A stretch of DNA of 64,000 nt from Phoronis australis (GCA_002633005.1 NMRA01000196.1:661047-725046); one strand, 5' to 3'. Shown: positions 24,788 through 39,483, numbered from the stretch's first letter. Program-made: numbers and translations. The notes: generated by a model not told the origin, from the letters alone.

Positions 24788-25448
24788 TGTCACGTTTTTC
24801 CCCGTGTTTGGGTGGGCGCAGGTTGTTACAGACCGGTGCTAATAGCTTTTGGTGCGATGATTGACTGAAGACTGGTTCGAGTTAATCCTTTATTAATCCC
24901 GACCGTAAGTTCACAAGCCTACTCAAACAAAACGTCTGACGTAATGTCTGTTTATGCTCCAGCCAGTGCTGCGAAGCCTTGACTTGTGATGAACTTCTTA
25001 GACACGTTCAGCAACTGTTACACTCGTCTATTCAATAACCTGCTGTCTCTATAGCTGGCTCTCTATTGACTATCGCTGTAACTGCTGATTCTCTTCACTG
25101 CAACTCAACTGTAATTCTCCTCATTAACTGCCTTGAACTGACTTGATCTCCCTTGAACTGACTTGATCTGACTAACACAAACCCGTGCTTGTGTATTTAT
25201 AGCCTCATCCATTGTTCTGGAACTTTTCATCAATTCAAGCACGTTCTAGAACTTTCCTGAATCTACCCACCCATTCTACAAACATATACTAGTCTCTAGA
25301 ATATTCCAGACTGCATTAATCACTAGAGTCTTCTAGAAAGTTCCACACTATACTGTAGCAAACAAATAATATCATCACTGTACTTAACTCAGAGGTCATG
25401 ACAATCAAACAGAATAACAAAACAAAACAATACAACTAAAAATACTGT
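24788..25448 (-). repeat. 5' LTR, missing ~17 bp at the outer end
   Basis: Matches 19536 onward up to aaaaatactgt, then resumes host flank ggataagataga. Confidence 0.9.
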
Positions 25449-26354
25449 GGATAAGATAGAAAATTCAAGAGAACATTTAACAACTTTGTAGCAGTGCACA
25501 ATTTACCTTTTGAGGACTCTGATCAGGATATTGTCGTTAGGGTCTCCGCTTTTCCAGCACAGGTAGTCTAAACGCATTTGAAAACGAGCACGAAATCATT
25601 CATACATAGATTTCGAAAACTCGAGAAATTTTCTAAAGCGAAGCATTTGGGGAGCGTACTTATTTACTGGATTTCTAAATTCAATATCTAAACTTTGCAA
25701 ATGCAAAACAATATTTTTCCAGAGACCCTTTTCTGGCAAGAGAATAACGGACACAAGTTTTGCTTTATTTTTTTGAAACTATTTATTTTTTGAGAAAAAT
25801 TGAGTACTTGAGAGATAACATCAATTGCTGTGCATTACCTAATTTTTGAAGATATAGATAGTACTTTCATATATAGGGGACCCGCTTTTGAAGGAAGTTA
25901 TTGATGGCATTCAAGTTGTTAACCTGTTTGTGTTTTTATTGACAAATTCTTAATTGGCCGATCACGGAGGGGGCCAATGTTGGAATCGATTACCTCTGCC
26001 AGAGTGTGGGTTTGTTTAAAAGGTAGCTACGCTTTGAGATTCTGCGCACATGGTGAGAGAATAATTAAATCCAGTAATTAATTAATGATGTGATAACCAC
26101 TAATTAGACAAGTGAAACATGTTGTTAATCAAGTACTCAACTACGAAGAATAGTAACGACGCCAGCGCTCTTTTTAAAGATTACTTCACTGAATCAACCA
26201 GAATAAACAAATATCTTATCTGCTATCCAAGATGTAGGACTTGACACTTGTTGGATGACAGTGCTGTTGGTGAATCTTCGAACTAATACACACTGTTTTG
26301 CGGCAGTGTTCTTGCTGGTCACAGTTTATGGTGACGCAACAATTTCAGACAGTA

Positions 26355-27160
26355 CCGTCAGAGGCCCTAAAGTCGTGAGTGCCCTAAAGTCGTGAACGAT
26401 CTTATTTCCTCTTCTGCGCGGTCCTGCGACATCTGGCGTTGAAGTTTCCAGCGTTCGTCTGCTTACGAACGTCAAACGAATACCCGGACGTGTTCGTATT
26501 CACAATATGATAACAAACAGTGAGTGAGTGGCTTCTTTTTTCAAATGTATCTTAAAAACAGCATATTTCACTAATTCACTTTTTGGGCATTTTTGGGAAA
26601 TATTTTCGAAAATATTTATCGTTCAGATTTACTCAAACACGCGATCCAGGGGTAGCTTGAATAATGTATCAAAATGTCCCAGGGTTGATCAAGTTTTGTA
26701 AGGCCAAAACAATAAAATACAGAGCGATAATTGATGCTGGGTTCTTAGCGTTTTACGTGAACAACCTCATTGAAAACGTCTGTGCACATCAAAGTTGGGT
26801 GCAAAACTTATAACAATTTATTTCAATTGAAACTGAATTAATAAACAATGCAATACATTTTCATGTCATCTAGAGTAACTGTACGCACTGTAGTTGACTT
26901 GTGAGGTCTTACTTCGTGTATTTCCGTCTAACCGAAACGGTCACGACTTTAGTGCCTCATTCAAAATGGCCACCGATATCAGCGACCGTTTCAAAACTCT
27001 GCTTACGGAGACAAACAAGGATTAAGATTGTCAAAACACGTATATTTGTGAAGGCTGATATATGTCCATGACATCACATGAGCAGTTGCTAACGGACGTT
27101 GTGTAGTATGACAATCGGCACTTTTATTATGCTTATACTCACGACTTTAGGTCACCGGTG
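26355..27160. mobile_element. Non-autonomous Tc1/mariner-type element inserted at TA
   Basis: TA on both sides; inverted cctaaagtcgtgagt / actcacgactttagg, with the motif duplicated internally; empty site gcagtatcttct at ~3862 in copy A. Confidence 0.78.
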
Positions 27161-29044
27161 TATATCTTCTACGTACGATTCCTGTCGCTGGTCACAGTTC
27201 CTCATGACTCAACACGTATAGGCAGTATCTTACTACCCACGATGTAAGTGACAAGCTCTCCGTTAACTTCCTGTTCGTTAACCCATCGCCTTGCCAAGAA
27301 CCTCTTTAGAATCTTACACGAGATGGCTCTGTCGTACACTTTCCTCTACACTGTAGCAAGTCATTTAGGTTCAACTACTATACCTAATCTGAATATCCTG
27401 TTAATTTCAGCCAATATTATAATATTCTACTTATTTAGCTATTGGCTAATAAAAACCACATGATCTCATATCATTGGCTGTTACGAATTGCTCTCATAAA
27501 TTTCTAGAATCTTTAGAATGCTTTGACCACAGAAGCAAATTAGTAAACACCATCAAAAAATAGATTTTGACGTTAAAGTACATGTCAACAATTTTGACCC
27601 CATGATTTAAAAGTACGTATCCACAAATTTTGGGCAACTTAAAATGTTCTTTTTCGTACAAATTACTTAACCGATATTCATCTTGACAACTTCCGTCTTG
27701 CTGAGTTTTTTTGAAAAGTAGTAACACCGTATTTCATCTTGAAGACGGACAATTCCGGCATCGCTTTGTAACCATACGACGGCGGAATAAACTGTCGCTC
27801 TTTTTTGAAAACTTAATGATGTTTAGTTCGTACGGAATTTCCAAATGTGGAAAACACAGCTGTCTAGGCTACTATTTGTGATGACCGGATATATGTCGAA
27901 AGGGGTACTCAAAGAACTCCCGCAATCATAAACAAAGATTTGAGCTTTTATGTCAGTGAAGTTAAAAAATCTGCGAGCATGCCTGCTGAAATTGCGTATA
28001 ACATTCTGTTTTGGTAAACAAATTCGCTGGTTTCTAATTTACTTGTTTACATGTATGTAGGTACGAAAATAGATAGATCTATAGATGATTTTTGACAATT
28101 AGAACCTAATCTTTTAACACTTGATGATGTTTCTGTGAATTTATTTGTAGCCTAAAGATGGAAAAACTCTATAAACCGATCCCCAAATAGTAAAGTATAC
28201 TTAGACGATTTTTGTTTATCTAGTATAACTCTCAAAGAAATTGATGAAAATTCAGACTCACAAACGGTATATCGAAAAAACTTAAGTCTTTAAATAAATA
28301 AAAATAAAATTAATGCTTGGAAAGGTTGATTTTCCACTTCCTTGGTGTTTTATCTTCCATCAGTATTGATCAATGATTTTTTGTTCTTGAAAACTGAATT
28401 GTTTGCTTACCCTGATTGTCGTGCACGTAAACACTGAAAAACTCAAGTTAAAAATAAGATACAGTAGGTCAGCGCAGAATCTCAGTAACCCACGGGAACT
28501 GATTTCCAGACGTTGAAGAGGGCACATTTTGGGCCACACTCTGTATCATTTTCCTCAATCACCAGAAACTGGACTACCGGCCGTGTCTCAACAAGGGATA
28601 TGATTTTGAAACAGCCCCAAATGCACTATAACATGGACCTTGAGACCTAACTTTTCAAAAACTTCCTTCAAAGAATGACCATAATAAAATACAGTTTTCC
28701 CGAAATTGTGTCACCATTAAACGAATCTTAGCCTTGGCCAGTACGAGCTGCCTGCCTCAAGTGAATCATAGCTGAGCTGACCAGGAGTTAAATTTAGTTT
28801 ATCGGGAGTTTAGTATTTTCACAATGTTAGACCTCAGCCATAGCTACTTGAGGCATGCCGTTGGTACCGGTCAGTGTACTGGTCCTAGGCCCATTCTTAC
28901 TCTCCGTTTTGGTTCACGGTTACTCAACTCCTGATGACTGCATCCCCGGGATTGTCGCCCAGCTAGGGTACAAAGATGGTGTTATCGGGTGCACGGGGGT
29001 GGTGGCAAAAGAGGTGGCGATGGGGGGTGTAATTTGGGAAATTC

Positions 29045-32000
29045 GATTTTTTTCATTAATAATACGTTTATTAACCGAAAAAGCATATCATAACTAGATA
29101 CGGTTGGGGTTGGGTGGCCCCAGCTACATGTACATATCTTTACAACTTACAATACGTTATACATACTTGTATAGGAAAACTAAGTATTTAGAATAATAAT
29201 ATTATGATTTGGCGGATAATTAGTATAGATTATTATAAAAGGGGGGAAAGGTGGGAGAACTTTCAACCACTCATTCACACCCACATTCACTCGGTTTAGT
29301 TCACTTAATATAGTTTTACATTTACATAAGTGTACATGTATCTTAATGAAAACGTCAGTTTTTTATAATACGACATACTGTAGAAGTGGTTATAAAAGTA
29401 ATGTATATGGGTTGAATCATTTTAAAGAGATGCCTTCAAAACCCTCCACTGTTTTGAAGCTTTATCCGAGGAGTTAAACACAATAAGATTCACTGCGTCA
29501 AAAAGTATAAATTTGAACTTATTATTGCAAGGTTGAGACTCATCTCTCGATGATGTACAAGTATAATTTCGAGTATTAGTGTATATGGTAATTAAAGATT
29601 TCGCTTAGATTGCCAATGAAGCAAACTAAAAATCGGTACATAGATGGCTCAGTGTGTAACTTATGCTGGGAAGTCTGGACCTCGCCACAGTAGGGGCATT
29701 GGTCAGTTTGTGAAAAACCAAACGTTTGTAACATCTTGTTTGTATAAATTCTTTTGTGGATAAAAAGGTGTTTAAACATTGTCAAATGAGGGTTCATGGG
29801 TAGACTGGAAGGGAGATTATATATTTATGTAATTTCGTCTTCTGTGTAATACTCCAGTAAAGACGCATAATTATCTGGTTTCTCAGAAAACTTGTCGATA
29901 AATACGTTTTATTCATGAATTGTAACTATTGATCAATAAAAATCTAATGTCGTTACAACTAACAATCCTTCTATCCGCCCCACCCGGAACTTTCCTCAAG
30001 GTCGTTGTAATGAAAGAAAATGGCATGACAGACGTATCCTTCAAGTTATAATTTTTCTTAATGCTTTTCCATTTCAGAAGTTTGTTCTGGCTATCTAAAA
30101 AATCATCACAAAATATTAGGCCTGCGTTTTACAGATCTTGGTAAAATAATGATTTATCTTCAATAGTTAAGTTGCAGTTATTCCGCATCACATGTTTTAT
30201 ATTGGTACCTCCTTAAATATTTCAGGATTAAGAATAGGTTGTCAGAACTTGCTTGTAAAAAGGGTTTATAATTTCGCATTTTAAGGTTTTCAGTTGGAAA
30301 TTGGATGAAAAAACGAGGTCACCGCCAACGCGATTGAAAACATGCCTTGGATATATCCTCCAACTTGCCTCATCCTATTTACAAAACATTAAGTTCCATG
30401 TTCGGATATTTCAAACCGCCCTCTTGATATTGCGGAATTGTCACAGATTCTTTTATTTTTGGAGGTTTATGGAAGTTTATTGACTTCATAGATTCTTTTT
30501 CTGGTGATACCCACAGTTGACACTACATGAATGCGTTTCATTAAAACAAAAGTTTTAGTAATGAAGATTCAGCCTCTTATGGACAAAGTTCATGTTTTCC
30601 AAATATTAAAAAGGTCTTAAAGCTTTTGGATTTTTTCATCAAAATTGATTTCTTCAGAGTCAGCCAAAGTATATTCCTAGATTTTTAATGGGCTTTTGGG
30701 GACAGTTGATTCAGTACAGTGGATTTCGATCAATCATGCCTTTTTATAATTCAAGTGAAGCCCAGATAATGTTCCAAAATAATCTAAAAATCTAAAACAC
30801 TTATTGCCACATGTTACGTCTGTAATAAAAAGAACTGTATCGTCTGCATACTGTGCAATTTTGATTTCATGGTTGGCTATTGTACAGCCTCTAATTAATT
30901 CATTGCTTCTGATATGTTGTGGCATAATTTCTGCGCACTGGACGAACAACGGACTTGGTAGTTAGTCTCCTTGTCGCAATCCTTTCTCTATGTTAAAATA
31001 TTGTGACGTAAATCCGTTGTTCAACACACATGACGAAATTCCAGAATACAATGTACGAATTCTATAGATAAAAACATCACCAAAATTGAAAGCTTTTAAT
31101 GATTGAAATAAAAACTCCCAATTTACATTATCATACGCTTTCTTGAAATCAAGGAATACAATGTGATCAAGGGTGTGCTTATCTTTATAAAATTCAATCA
31201 TGTCGTCAATTAAACGTATGTTCTGGCCTATATAACGTTTCGGCAAGGATGTTTGATCTGGATGAAACAGATTGTTAATATAGTTGTATATTTTGTTTGC
31301 GATTGTTTTAGTTATTAATTTATAGTCGCAGTTCCAAAGAGAGGTAGGTCTCCAATTGTCTAGAGATAGTTAACCTCTGGACTGCTTACTTTTTGGGATT
31401 AACGTGGTTACGCCTTGTTTTGATAATTGAACATGTGACCGTTTCCAAAGCTGTATGTTACACTCGCCAATAAATCGTATTTAATTACGTTCCAAAGGTT
31501 GTATAAAATTCATAACTGATGCCACCATTACCAGGGGTCTTGTTAGGTTTTGTCTCAAACAGAGATTCATACAATTCTTCTTCTGTTAGATTTTTTCTAG
31601 CTCTTTAGAATCTGCAGGAGACAGCTTTTTGTGTATGGGTAAATTAAAAGTGGTCGTATGGATACGTCCTTTCTCTATTGCATTCTTTTATATAGCAGTA
31701 TTCTATTTTGTCATAGTTCACGAGCATATTCCGTATGCTTGCTGCATCGTGTATAATTTTAGCACCATCTTTAAGGGCATTAATATGTTTTTGTTTGCTG
31801 TGGCGCAACTCTAGGCTTTTAAAATATTTTCCATTCTCGTCTTGTTCTGCCCATTGCACTTTACTACGCAAAATCTAGCCCTTAATTTTTTGGGTCTGGA
31901 TAATTTGTAGATCAATTTTGGCTTTTTGTAATTCTATTTTTATTTTCTCTGAAGGGTTGCTTTCCACCTTGTATGTCAAAACGTTATTTTTTCTATTAAA

Positions 32001-33140
32001 CCACTTTAATCTGAGTGGCTTTTCTTCGCAACCTCTTTTGCAAAAGAGATCAAAGTTTCCCTGATTTCCATATTAATTAATTCCTAAACTAAATTTCTGT
32101 CATCAATACATGCATGTCGATAATGAGTACTGTAAAATTCGACACATTTAGTTATTTTGTTGATATAATTGGTATCATTCAAATAACTGGTGTTCAATTG
32201 CCAAAGACCAGGACCTCTCTTCGCATTTTCGGTTATTTCCAAATGTAAAGTAATGGCAGAATGATCTGAAAATACAAAGCCGTTAATAATGGCAACTTCT
32301 CTGACTGCAGCTTCTTTGGAAATTAGGCACATGTCACTTCTACTTTGCCATGACATTCCTCCAAGTGTACTTCCTCACACCTGGATTATTTTCACGCCAG
32401 ACATTATACAACTTGACTTTCGATTTAAAAAAATGGTGTTCTGTATTAGCGGACTTTTCATGGAATACACCAGTTTTTCTTTCTTGTTTAAGTCTGTGGG
32501 AGCCCAGTTAAAATCACCAGAGCAGAAGATGCTTTGATTGCTTACCAAATTGTGGAGTTCTGAATTAATGATATCCAGAAATTTTAGTTGTTTCCTGAAA
32601 TATTATTCTGCAATTTTACAATTGAGAACATAGTATCTATGGTATCATTTTGGACTAAGGAATGATCAAAATCCAAACGTGGATGAATTAAAATGACAGT
32701 GCCTTTGCTATGGTTCGTACTGTGACACGAAAATACCGGAACACCCCACTCATGTTCCCATTTACGGATGGATTCAGGAACGCTATCTGTTTTTTATAAG
32801 TAAACTATATCATAACTCTTTTGTTTCAACCATTTAAAAAATTGAGATCGCTTTTTTTCTGAATTAATGCCTCGGACATAGACGAGCACTTAATGTTAAC
32901 TATATGGGATTTTACTAGGGTTGTGGAGGTATCCTTTAACGGTTACGCTGAAAATGACTGACATGAAAAGCTTAAATGTAGATTTAAGATTTAAAAAACA
33001 TCTGCACATACAGAAAGGCACATAAAGGAAAAGGGGGGGCGAAATGGAAAACATGATCGTACTCGCAAGGCGATATCATCGGACATTTCTTGAAATGGAG
33101 ATCCAAAACGTTCAAGTGTCACGTAGAACAACGGTTTATA
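29045..33140 (-). mobile_element. 5'-truncated, decayed L1/Tx1-clade LINE (ORF2: APE endonuclease, RT, zf-RVT)
   Basis: VRGINSEKKR..FKWLK, FSDHSAI, RGPGLWQLNTSYL, RSKVQWAE, FLDFKKAYDNVNW, GLRQGD, QYADDTVLF, CPYCGEVQTSQH; many stops; absent from copy A (~6305-6570). Confidence 0.9.
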
Positions 33141-33145
33141 TCGCT

Positions 33146-33238
33146 AGCAGCATGGAGATAGAGCAACAGGTAATACATGGATATATCAAATTCTTACATG
33201 GACTTTTCAATTTTCACTTTATTTCGGGATTTCCGGTT
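33146..33238 (+). pseudogene. Remnant of the last intron/terminal exon junction of copy B
   Basis: Matches ~6575-6680, but the acceptor AG is lost (atttc|gggatttccggtt) and the sequence then jumps to the homolog of ~8316, deleting the exon, stop and polyA signal. Confidence 0.85.
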
Positions 33239-36200
33239 GCAATTTACAAAAACAACAAAACGCCGCGATATCACAGGACTTAGCACAGACATCTTTTCTG
33301 TTGCCACTTCTCCTGAAAAGAAACAGGACAGCACATTTCTTACATGTAGAATCAGGCCAGTTCCGCAATTATTTTGTCAAAGATTTTCGTTATCGTTCAG
33401 TTCGATTACCAGGCCTACCAGATTTTGCCCCAGAAGTTTTCAGTCCGATACGGACCACGACAAGGTTCAAAACACGCATTTAGATGTGACATATACTTGG
33501 CTAACCAAAACGTCTAAATAATGGTCCCGAAACCGATTTGAAAAGTTAAGCCTAAGGCCTGAGGGCTGACCCTCCTCCATTGTCATTGTGTTGTCAGGGA
33601 AGTTTGCGACCATAGAATTTTCCCGGAAATGACGTAAGCTGTATAACAGAGCTATTACTTGAATCGACCAGTCGCAAGCTCCGCCCCGTTACGTAATGTC
33701 GGCTAACAAACAATACGTTTTACCCGGCAACGTGTTGTTTGTCGGGTAAAATGGCGGTTAGGAAATGGTGTGTCAAGAATGCTGCGTTCTGATTGGTCAA
33801 TTAAGTTGTCACTTAAAAATCCTGGCGATAGGTCAATTGGCCGGGCGATGGTAAGTAGGCATAGTGCGCGTCTAGAGTCCGTAGCCTGTAATAACAAATG
33901 ATATTTTTCAAATGCTGATTTTGGCGAACCAGCCGTATGACCTGCAGATTTAAGCGGTATATGCTAAAGGATCTAGATTACATCGATAAAATTCTCAAAA
34001 ACTATATCACTCGCCTTCGGTTTGATCATGATGGCGGCCATTTTGAAATCCATGATAGGTGGCATAACTAATTTTTTTTTAAATAATTAGCAACCGTTTT
34101 GGTCCAAATCATATGCCTGTAGGTTTTGAGATGAATACCCAAAAGGAAATATAGTCTTTATGAAATGCGTTATGGCTGGGCTCACTATTCATCATTGAAT
34201 ATGTCTTCCACGAACTTATTGTGGCACATAATGTATGATATAAAGCTTAAAGTTATATATGTCGAACCAAAACTAGCCAACGTCAAAACTGTGGAGTCAA
34301 CATTTTTTAAATCAGTACGGTGATTATTTAAGATGAACCTAAGTCAACCTACAGTGTAGTATATTTTAATCAGCACGTCAGAGTTGACATGTACGCCATC
34401 TTCTATGATTTTAGCAGTTTTGGTGCTTAACCAAACAAAACGCACACTTGGGTTTGCTCCTTATGACTACCGTTTTTAAATCTGATATGGCTGATATTTT
34501 GCAGCGTTTTAAAATAGTAATTTAACGCTTTTGTTTAAATAACGTGTGTGTAATTTTTGACAACAATTTCAGCTTTCTTTGAGATGAAATAACAAAGTAA
34601 GTATACATATCAGGATAATATGGCAGCCATTCTAAAGTGAGGGTGGTTGGGGTCATATTTCTTTATTAAAATTTATTTATATGAACTCCATATGTATCTT
34701 TACGTACAAATTGTAGTTAAAAATTGTCATTTAGACAAAATAAAATGCTAGACAAAATAAAATCCCGTGTACTAATTGCTGGGTCAGCATTTTTAATATC
34801 CAAGATGACGGCTAGTTAGCACGGAGATAGCGACGAGTACACCAGTGCCCATGTCTTTATCAAAAAGCAAACACGTCTAAAGGTCCGTTAGATTTCTTAA
34901 ATTTGATATTTTTGAGTCTTCCTATTAGCTGCTGGTCCTAGGTCCATGGCGGTCACCTGTGAATGGTGCCATAATTGACATCCATAACCCCCAGTGCTAA
35001 GAAATGGGTAGCAAGTGCTGTTGTCGTTGTTCTACGTCAGAGGCTACAGTACTATAAAGTGTTGTACCGTCTCAAAAAAGAAACTCGAAAATGTGCTACC
35101 AGTACAGCTGATGCTCTTATCCCAGGGAGGGGACCCTGGAGAAATTTGCATTGTCTTCTTCAGTAAATTGACACGTCTGCAGAGGTTTGCACGACGTAAT
35201 TATATCTCCTTTTGTCCGAATATGAAAACTGCTCCTGTACCCACGTAATTCATTTTAGAAGTCGTCATCAAGGCCCCCATTGTCACCTGAAAACAATTGA
35301 TGGCTTTCAACGTGCCTACACTTGCGTCTTTCTGGCCCCAGCATTTATTGCCTGCTGTTGTATAAATAGCGTCTACATCTGCCATTTGCATCACTGCTCC
35401 ATATGTCATCGCAATAACACTTGCTGTACGTTATATAAATAAAAATGCTGAATAATTATTCGTAACGTTTCCACCGAATTAATTGGTGCCATAATATGTT
35501 GACATTAAGTACCAGTATCAACCGTCGCTAAGAGATGCTGGCCAATGCTATATTATTCAATAACCCTAACCCAGTATGCACCGGAGTGTCGGTGTTTTTC
35601 AAATAGCAATTTTTGAGATCTCATTTCAAACTTTGCATCATTCAACTGAGCTTAGTTCATCTAGATCTTGAAACTGAAGCTACTAAAAGCTCCAAATTTT
35701 GCACAAAAAATCATGTGACAAAGAACACCGCTATGAACTTGGCATCAAAGTAACCCTTCCTCAGTATAGATCTCTGGTCTTGAAAAGAATCGACATTATG
35801 TCTTTGCTGAAGACCATGGGTCTGTTGAAAGAAAGTGTCATCAGCAACAATTTCTGATAGAACCTATAGAATACAAAAAAATCCACATGAGCTGAAAATT
35901 TACCAGTGGATTCATTTCCACCTCAAACGGTAGCAACCGCATTAGTTAACCCATGCACCCACCCAGGGGGGCGAAGTGGGCAAAAAGATCTGCCTCAGAG
36001 AAATAAAAATCCCGAGAAAACGAGACAAAAGTCCACAGGAATTCGGCGCAAATGCACAATTCATAGGTCTGAAAATAGTATTCCGTTTTTTAGTTGTCTT
36101 ATTCCCCGTTTTTTTCAGTAAAAGTTCCTCGTAATTAAAAATTTGGGTGCTCCTATATTTAAGGCTGGGTGCGCGCATGTAAACCCATTGAGCTCTCTGC

Positions 36201-39200
36201 CTATTTTATATCTTCTGAAGTTTATACTTGAAACATACAAAAATTTCAGCTTAAAAGGACCTCTTTTAGTAACATTACTAATCCGTGCAGATTAGGGAGT
36301 AATATACGATACCCTGTTGACAATTATAATATTCATCCCCTAATCCAAAAATATATATTGGAAAGAAATTAAATTACCCCTTCGGGGAACACTCGTTTTG
36401 TCGTACTACCGAATTTTAATACCCAAAAGATAAAGTTTGAGTCTAATACTGGTATAAAAATGAGAAATGAGGTTACGTAACAAGAATGCCCTGCAAGAAA
36501 ACGTTTTAAATGAGATGTCTGGCTGAAAGAGCGCCATGCATATCAGTGGCTTGTTTTCTTGCATGGGTGCCTCATCTCAAGCTGGCAGCGAGGAGGAATC
36601 TTCAGATCCAAACTATTACATGAAGTTCTGGAATACCTGGCTTTATACAACGTCCGTTCTACTGAAAATATCTAACAACTTTTTTTCTGTAGATGGATTG
36701 TCGAGGTTTAAAGACCCACAGTTATTCTTGATGGTGTATGTTAAGGAATTTTGATTTGTTCGAGAATTTATATCGTCTCATGAGTTTATTCTGCTGTTAA
36801 ACGAAGGAAATATCGACAAAATATTTGTACGTTTAATCGTTGATACCACAGTTCAAATTTACAGAAGCCGTTTTCAGTCAAAATCAAAGGGGAAGCATCA
36901 GATACCGACAAAATATTCATCAGATAATGACAGACAGCACGATGTACAATTTCTTAAAATTACAGTTACACATATTTGAGAAATACCAAGGTAATTATAT
37001 CATCCACCAATTTTACCTATTACAAGCTCTCGCCATAACACCTCAATTGATGACCAACCTTTATAGCAAGGATTACTGTTCCGAAAAGAATTTCATACCT
37101 ATAAACGTTTGAATGCGGACATAACGATTATTACCTGGATACTCATGTTCAACTAAATGGAAGTAGGAAGTTTAATACAAGGGGTAAATTTGTACTTTTA
37201 CACCAACTATATGAGAATTATCTAACAAAGGCAGGTTTTTGGATTCACAGTAATCCACGTCATGAATCATGATAAAATATGTTAATGCACTCAGGATTCT
37301 TTCCCTGGGGCCGCTCATGCAAACATTGTTAACAGTTCTTTAGGCAAAAACCTATTGTCGATGAACTAACTACTCAAGGCTAAATAAATATCACAAATCA
37401 GATACGATTTCATAAGTCACACCTAAGCCCGATGAAAGGTAAAAGCTACATGTATATGGTTCCTCGTTACATGCTACACTCTGATATAGTGTATTTTAGG
37501 GATTTATATGAGTAACATTCTTTATGAGTATAATCGCGTTTTGTAATTTGTTGCGGGACAAAAGTTGCCCCCGTTTATTTCTCATACCGTTCGCGAAACT
37601 GCGCCATCATCAGTTTGAAGTGAATGTTGTCACCAGACTATATAGAACAATCGATAAAGTTAACAGAAGGGGGATAACGTCTAGCCCCCCCCCCCCCGAG
37701 CCATCGCCCTCATCCCCCTTCCACAAGGATTACTGTGAATCCAAAAACCTGCCTTTGTTAGATAATTCTCATATAATTGGTGTAAAGGTACAAATTTCAC
37801 TTAATATATACAAATCCTGATGTTTGTAATACCTTTTCTCATAAAATTGTTGCGTAATCACTGAATCTGCGTAGTCAAATAGTGCAACGTGTACTCAGTA
37901 AAAGTGCATGTTAACCACTAAGCGTTAAAAATTCCCAAACATTTTCTAGTTTTGAAAAGCCAGTACCTGAATACTAAAATGTCTAACTTACATATCAATC
38001 GTTTCCAGTATCCAAACGTCAGATATATTCAAAGAAAGAAAAATCATAGTTATTGCGAACTTTTAAGATGTAGTAATAGTCTTGCAAAGTTGCCAGCTTT
38101 TTTACTTAAATAAGTGTCAAAAAACCCGTTTTCAGCATGAAACAAAAACGAGGATTGTGTCAGATAAATCAAATTTGACATAGCCTAGTGCATATACAGG
38201 GGTAGCCCAAGCCCTCATAAAATTTCAGAAAAATCAATGACGGTTGATGTAGAACCACCCGTAACAGCTCTCAAAAATTGCTACTTAAGTCTTAACACAG
38301 AAATTCATTTTACGCTCCCAATTCACAATTGCTTCTTTAGCCAAGTAAGGGCATCGCGGTTTAAAAATAATTGATAAAATTATGATGAATAATGAGCAAG
38401 TCAAGGCTAGTTTTATCTACACAGGACGATCCGCCGGAAACCAGTCATATAGTCCTTGTTAACGTCTATAGGTGGAACCCTTTATTACTTGGTGAAATTG
38501 AAATTTCACCAAGTATGTTGCTCCGACATCAAGTTTTTGGTAGCACTCTAGAGATCACATTTCATGTTTCATTCGCAACAAATTCACACAAAACCTGTAG
38601 TCCAGGAATTAATGAAAGCCTACAGTTTTTCGTCATGATCGTATTCAGGGTGGCGGACATGGATGTCATTTTGTATTCGAACTCAGGACCAAAGACTCGT
38701 AGTATCAGCAATTTTTCACGTTCACAGCTGAAAATCAACACTGTTGTTGTACTGGAAGTGTTCTATAGATTTGTCGGGAATCGTTTACTTCTAATAAAAT
38801 ATGGCGGAAATATCTTTCATTGTCCAGGGGCACTTCCATTTCCGGTTTAAAACGTTGTGTCATGTACAGGGCACATTGTAGGACTAATTGCTTTGACATT
38901 TTTGACATATTAGGTTCTTGTATATGGCTATTATCGAGTGCTGCTCTTCCAGAAGTTGTTTTCATGAAGGCGGATCCGGCGCATTGTCATCAATTTTCAA
39001 TCGGGCTAGGATGCCATTTTGAACACGAAGAGGAAATGACGTGTATTTTTGCACGTGGATTCTCTTAGTTACACTCTGTAAAATAGACTGTGAAATTTTC
39101 TCTCAGACTGACCGTTTTTTAATTAATTGACTTTCAATTTTAAAAAATTCAGAATTTGAAATTTTTGGAAATTTTACAGAATTATGTGAAGTTACATCTT

Positions 39201-39399
39201 AAGATAATGTTGGTAACGCGCTTTCATACGAAGTTTTCATTTTTCCCTACGACGTATACTTTTCGAATTAATCGAGATTTCCTGATAACGTTGTTTCTTT
39301 AGTGACTGATTTTGTTGCATTTTTGTATTTGCGTTCTATTGAGCAAGGCTATAGTGTTTCTTACTCATTTCTGACATCTTCATTCGTGATGCGATTTTT

Positions 39400-39483
39400 A
39401 TCATCATGTTCATCATCGCCACTCACATCGTCATCATCATCGTCATCATCATCATCATCATCATCGTCATCATCATCATCATC
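39400..39483. repeat. (TCA)n microsatellite; shorter paralogous copy at ~63153-63201
   Basis: Directly visible. Confidence 0.95.

Larger units (their letters stand above)
19536..25448 (-). mobile_element. Ty3/Gypsy LTR retrotransposon, Gmr1-like (gag-PR-IN-RT-RH), frameshifted
   Basis: Two LTRs, PBS, PPT, gag with CCHC knuckle, protease DTGC, integrase upstream of a Gypsy-type RT (RFCVDYRRLN, YVDD) and RNase H (TDAS..EKECLA..TDH). Confidence 0.95.

Noticed and set aside
35200-35409. 69-aa minus-strand ORF (MTYGAVMQMADV...) open in three copies (also 55849-56058, 59326-59535)
   Set aside because: The copies are recent duplicates, differences are largely nonsynonymous, the region is deleted in copy A, and no domain is recognisable.
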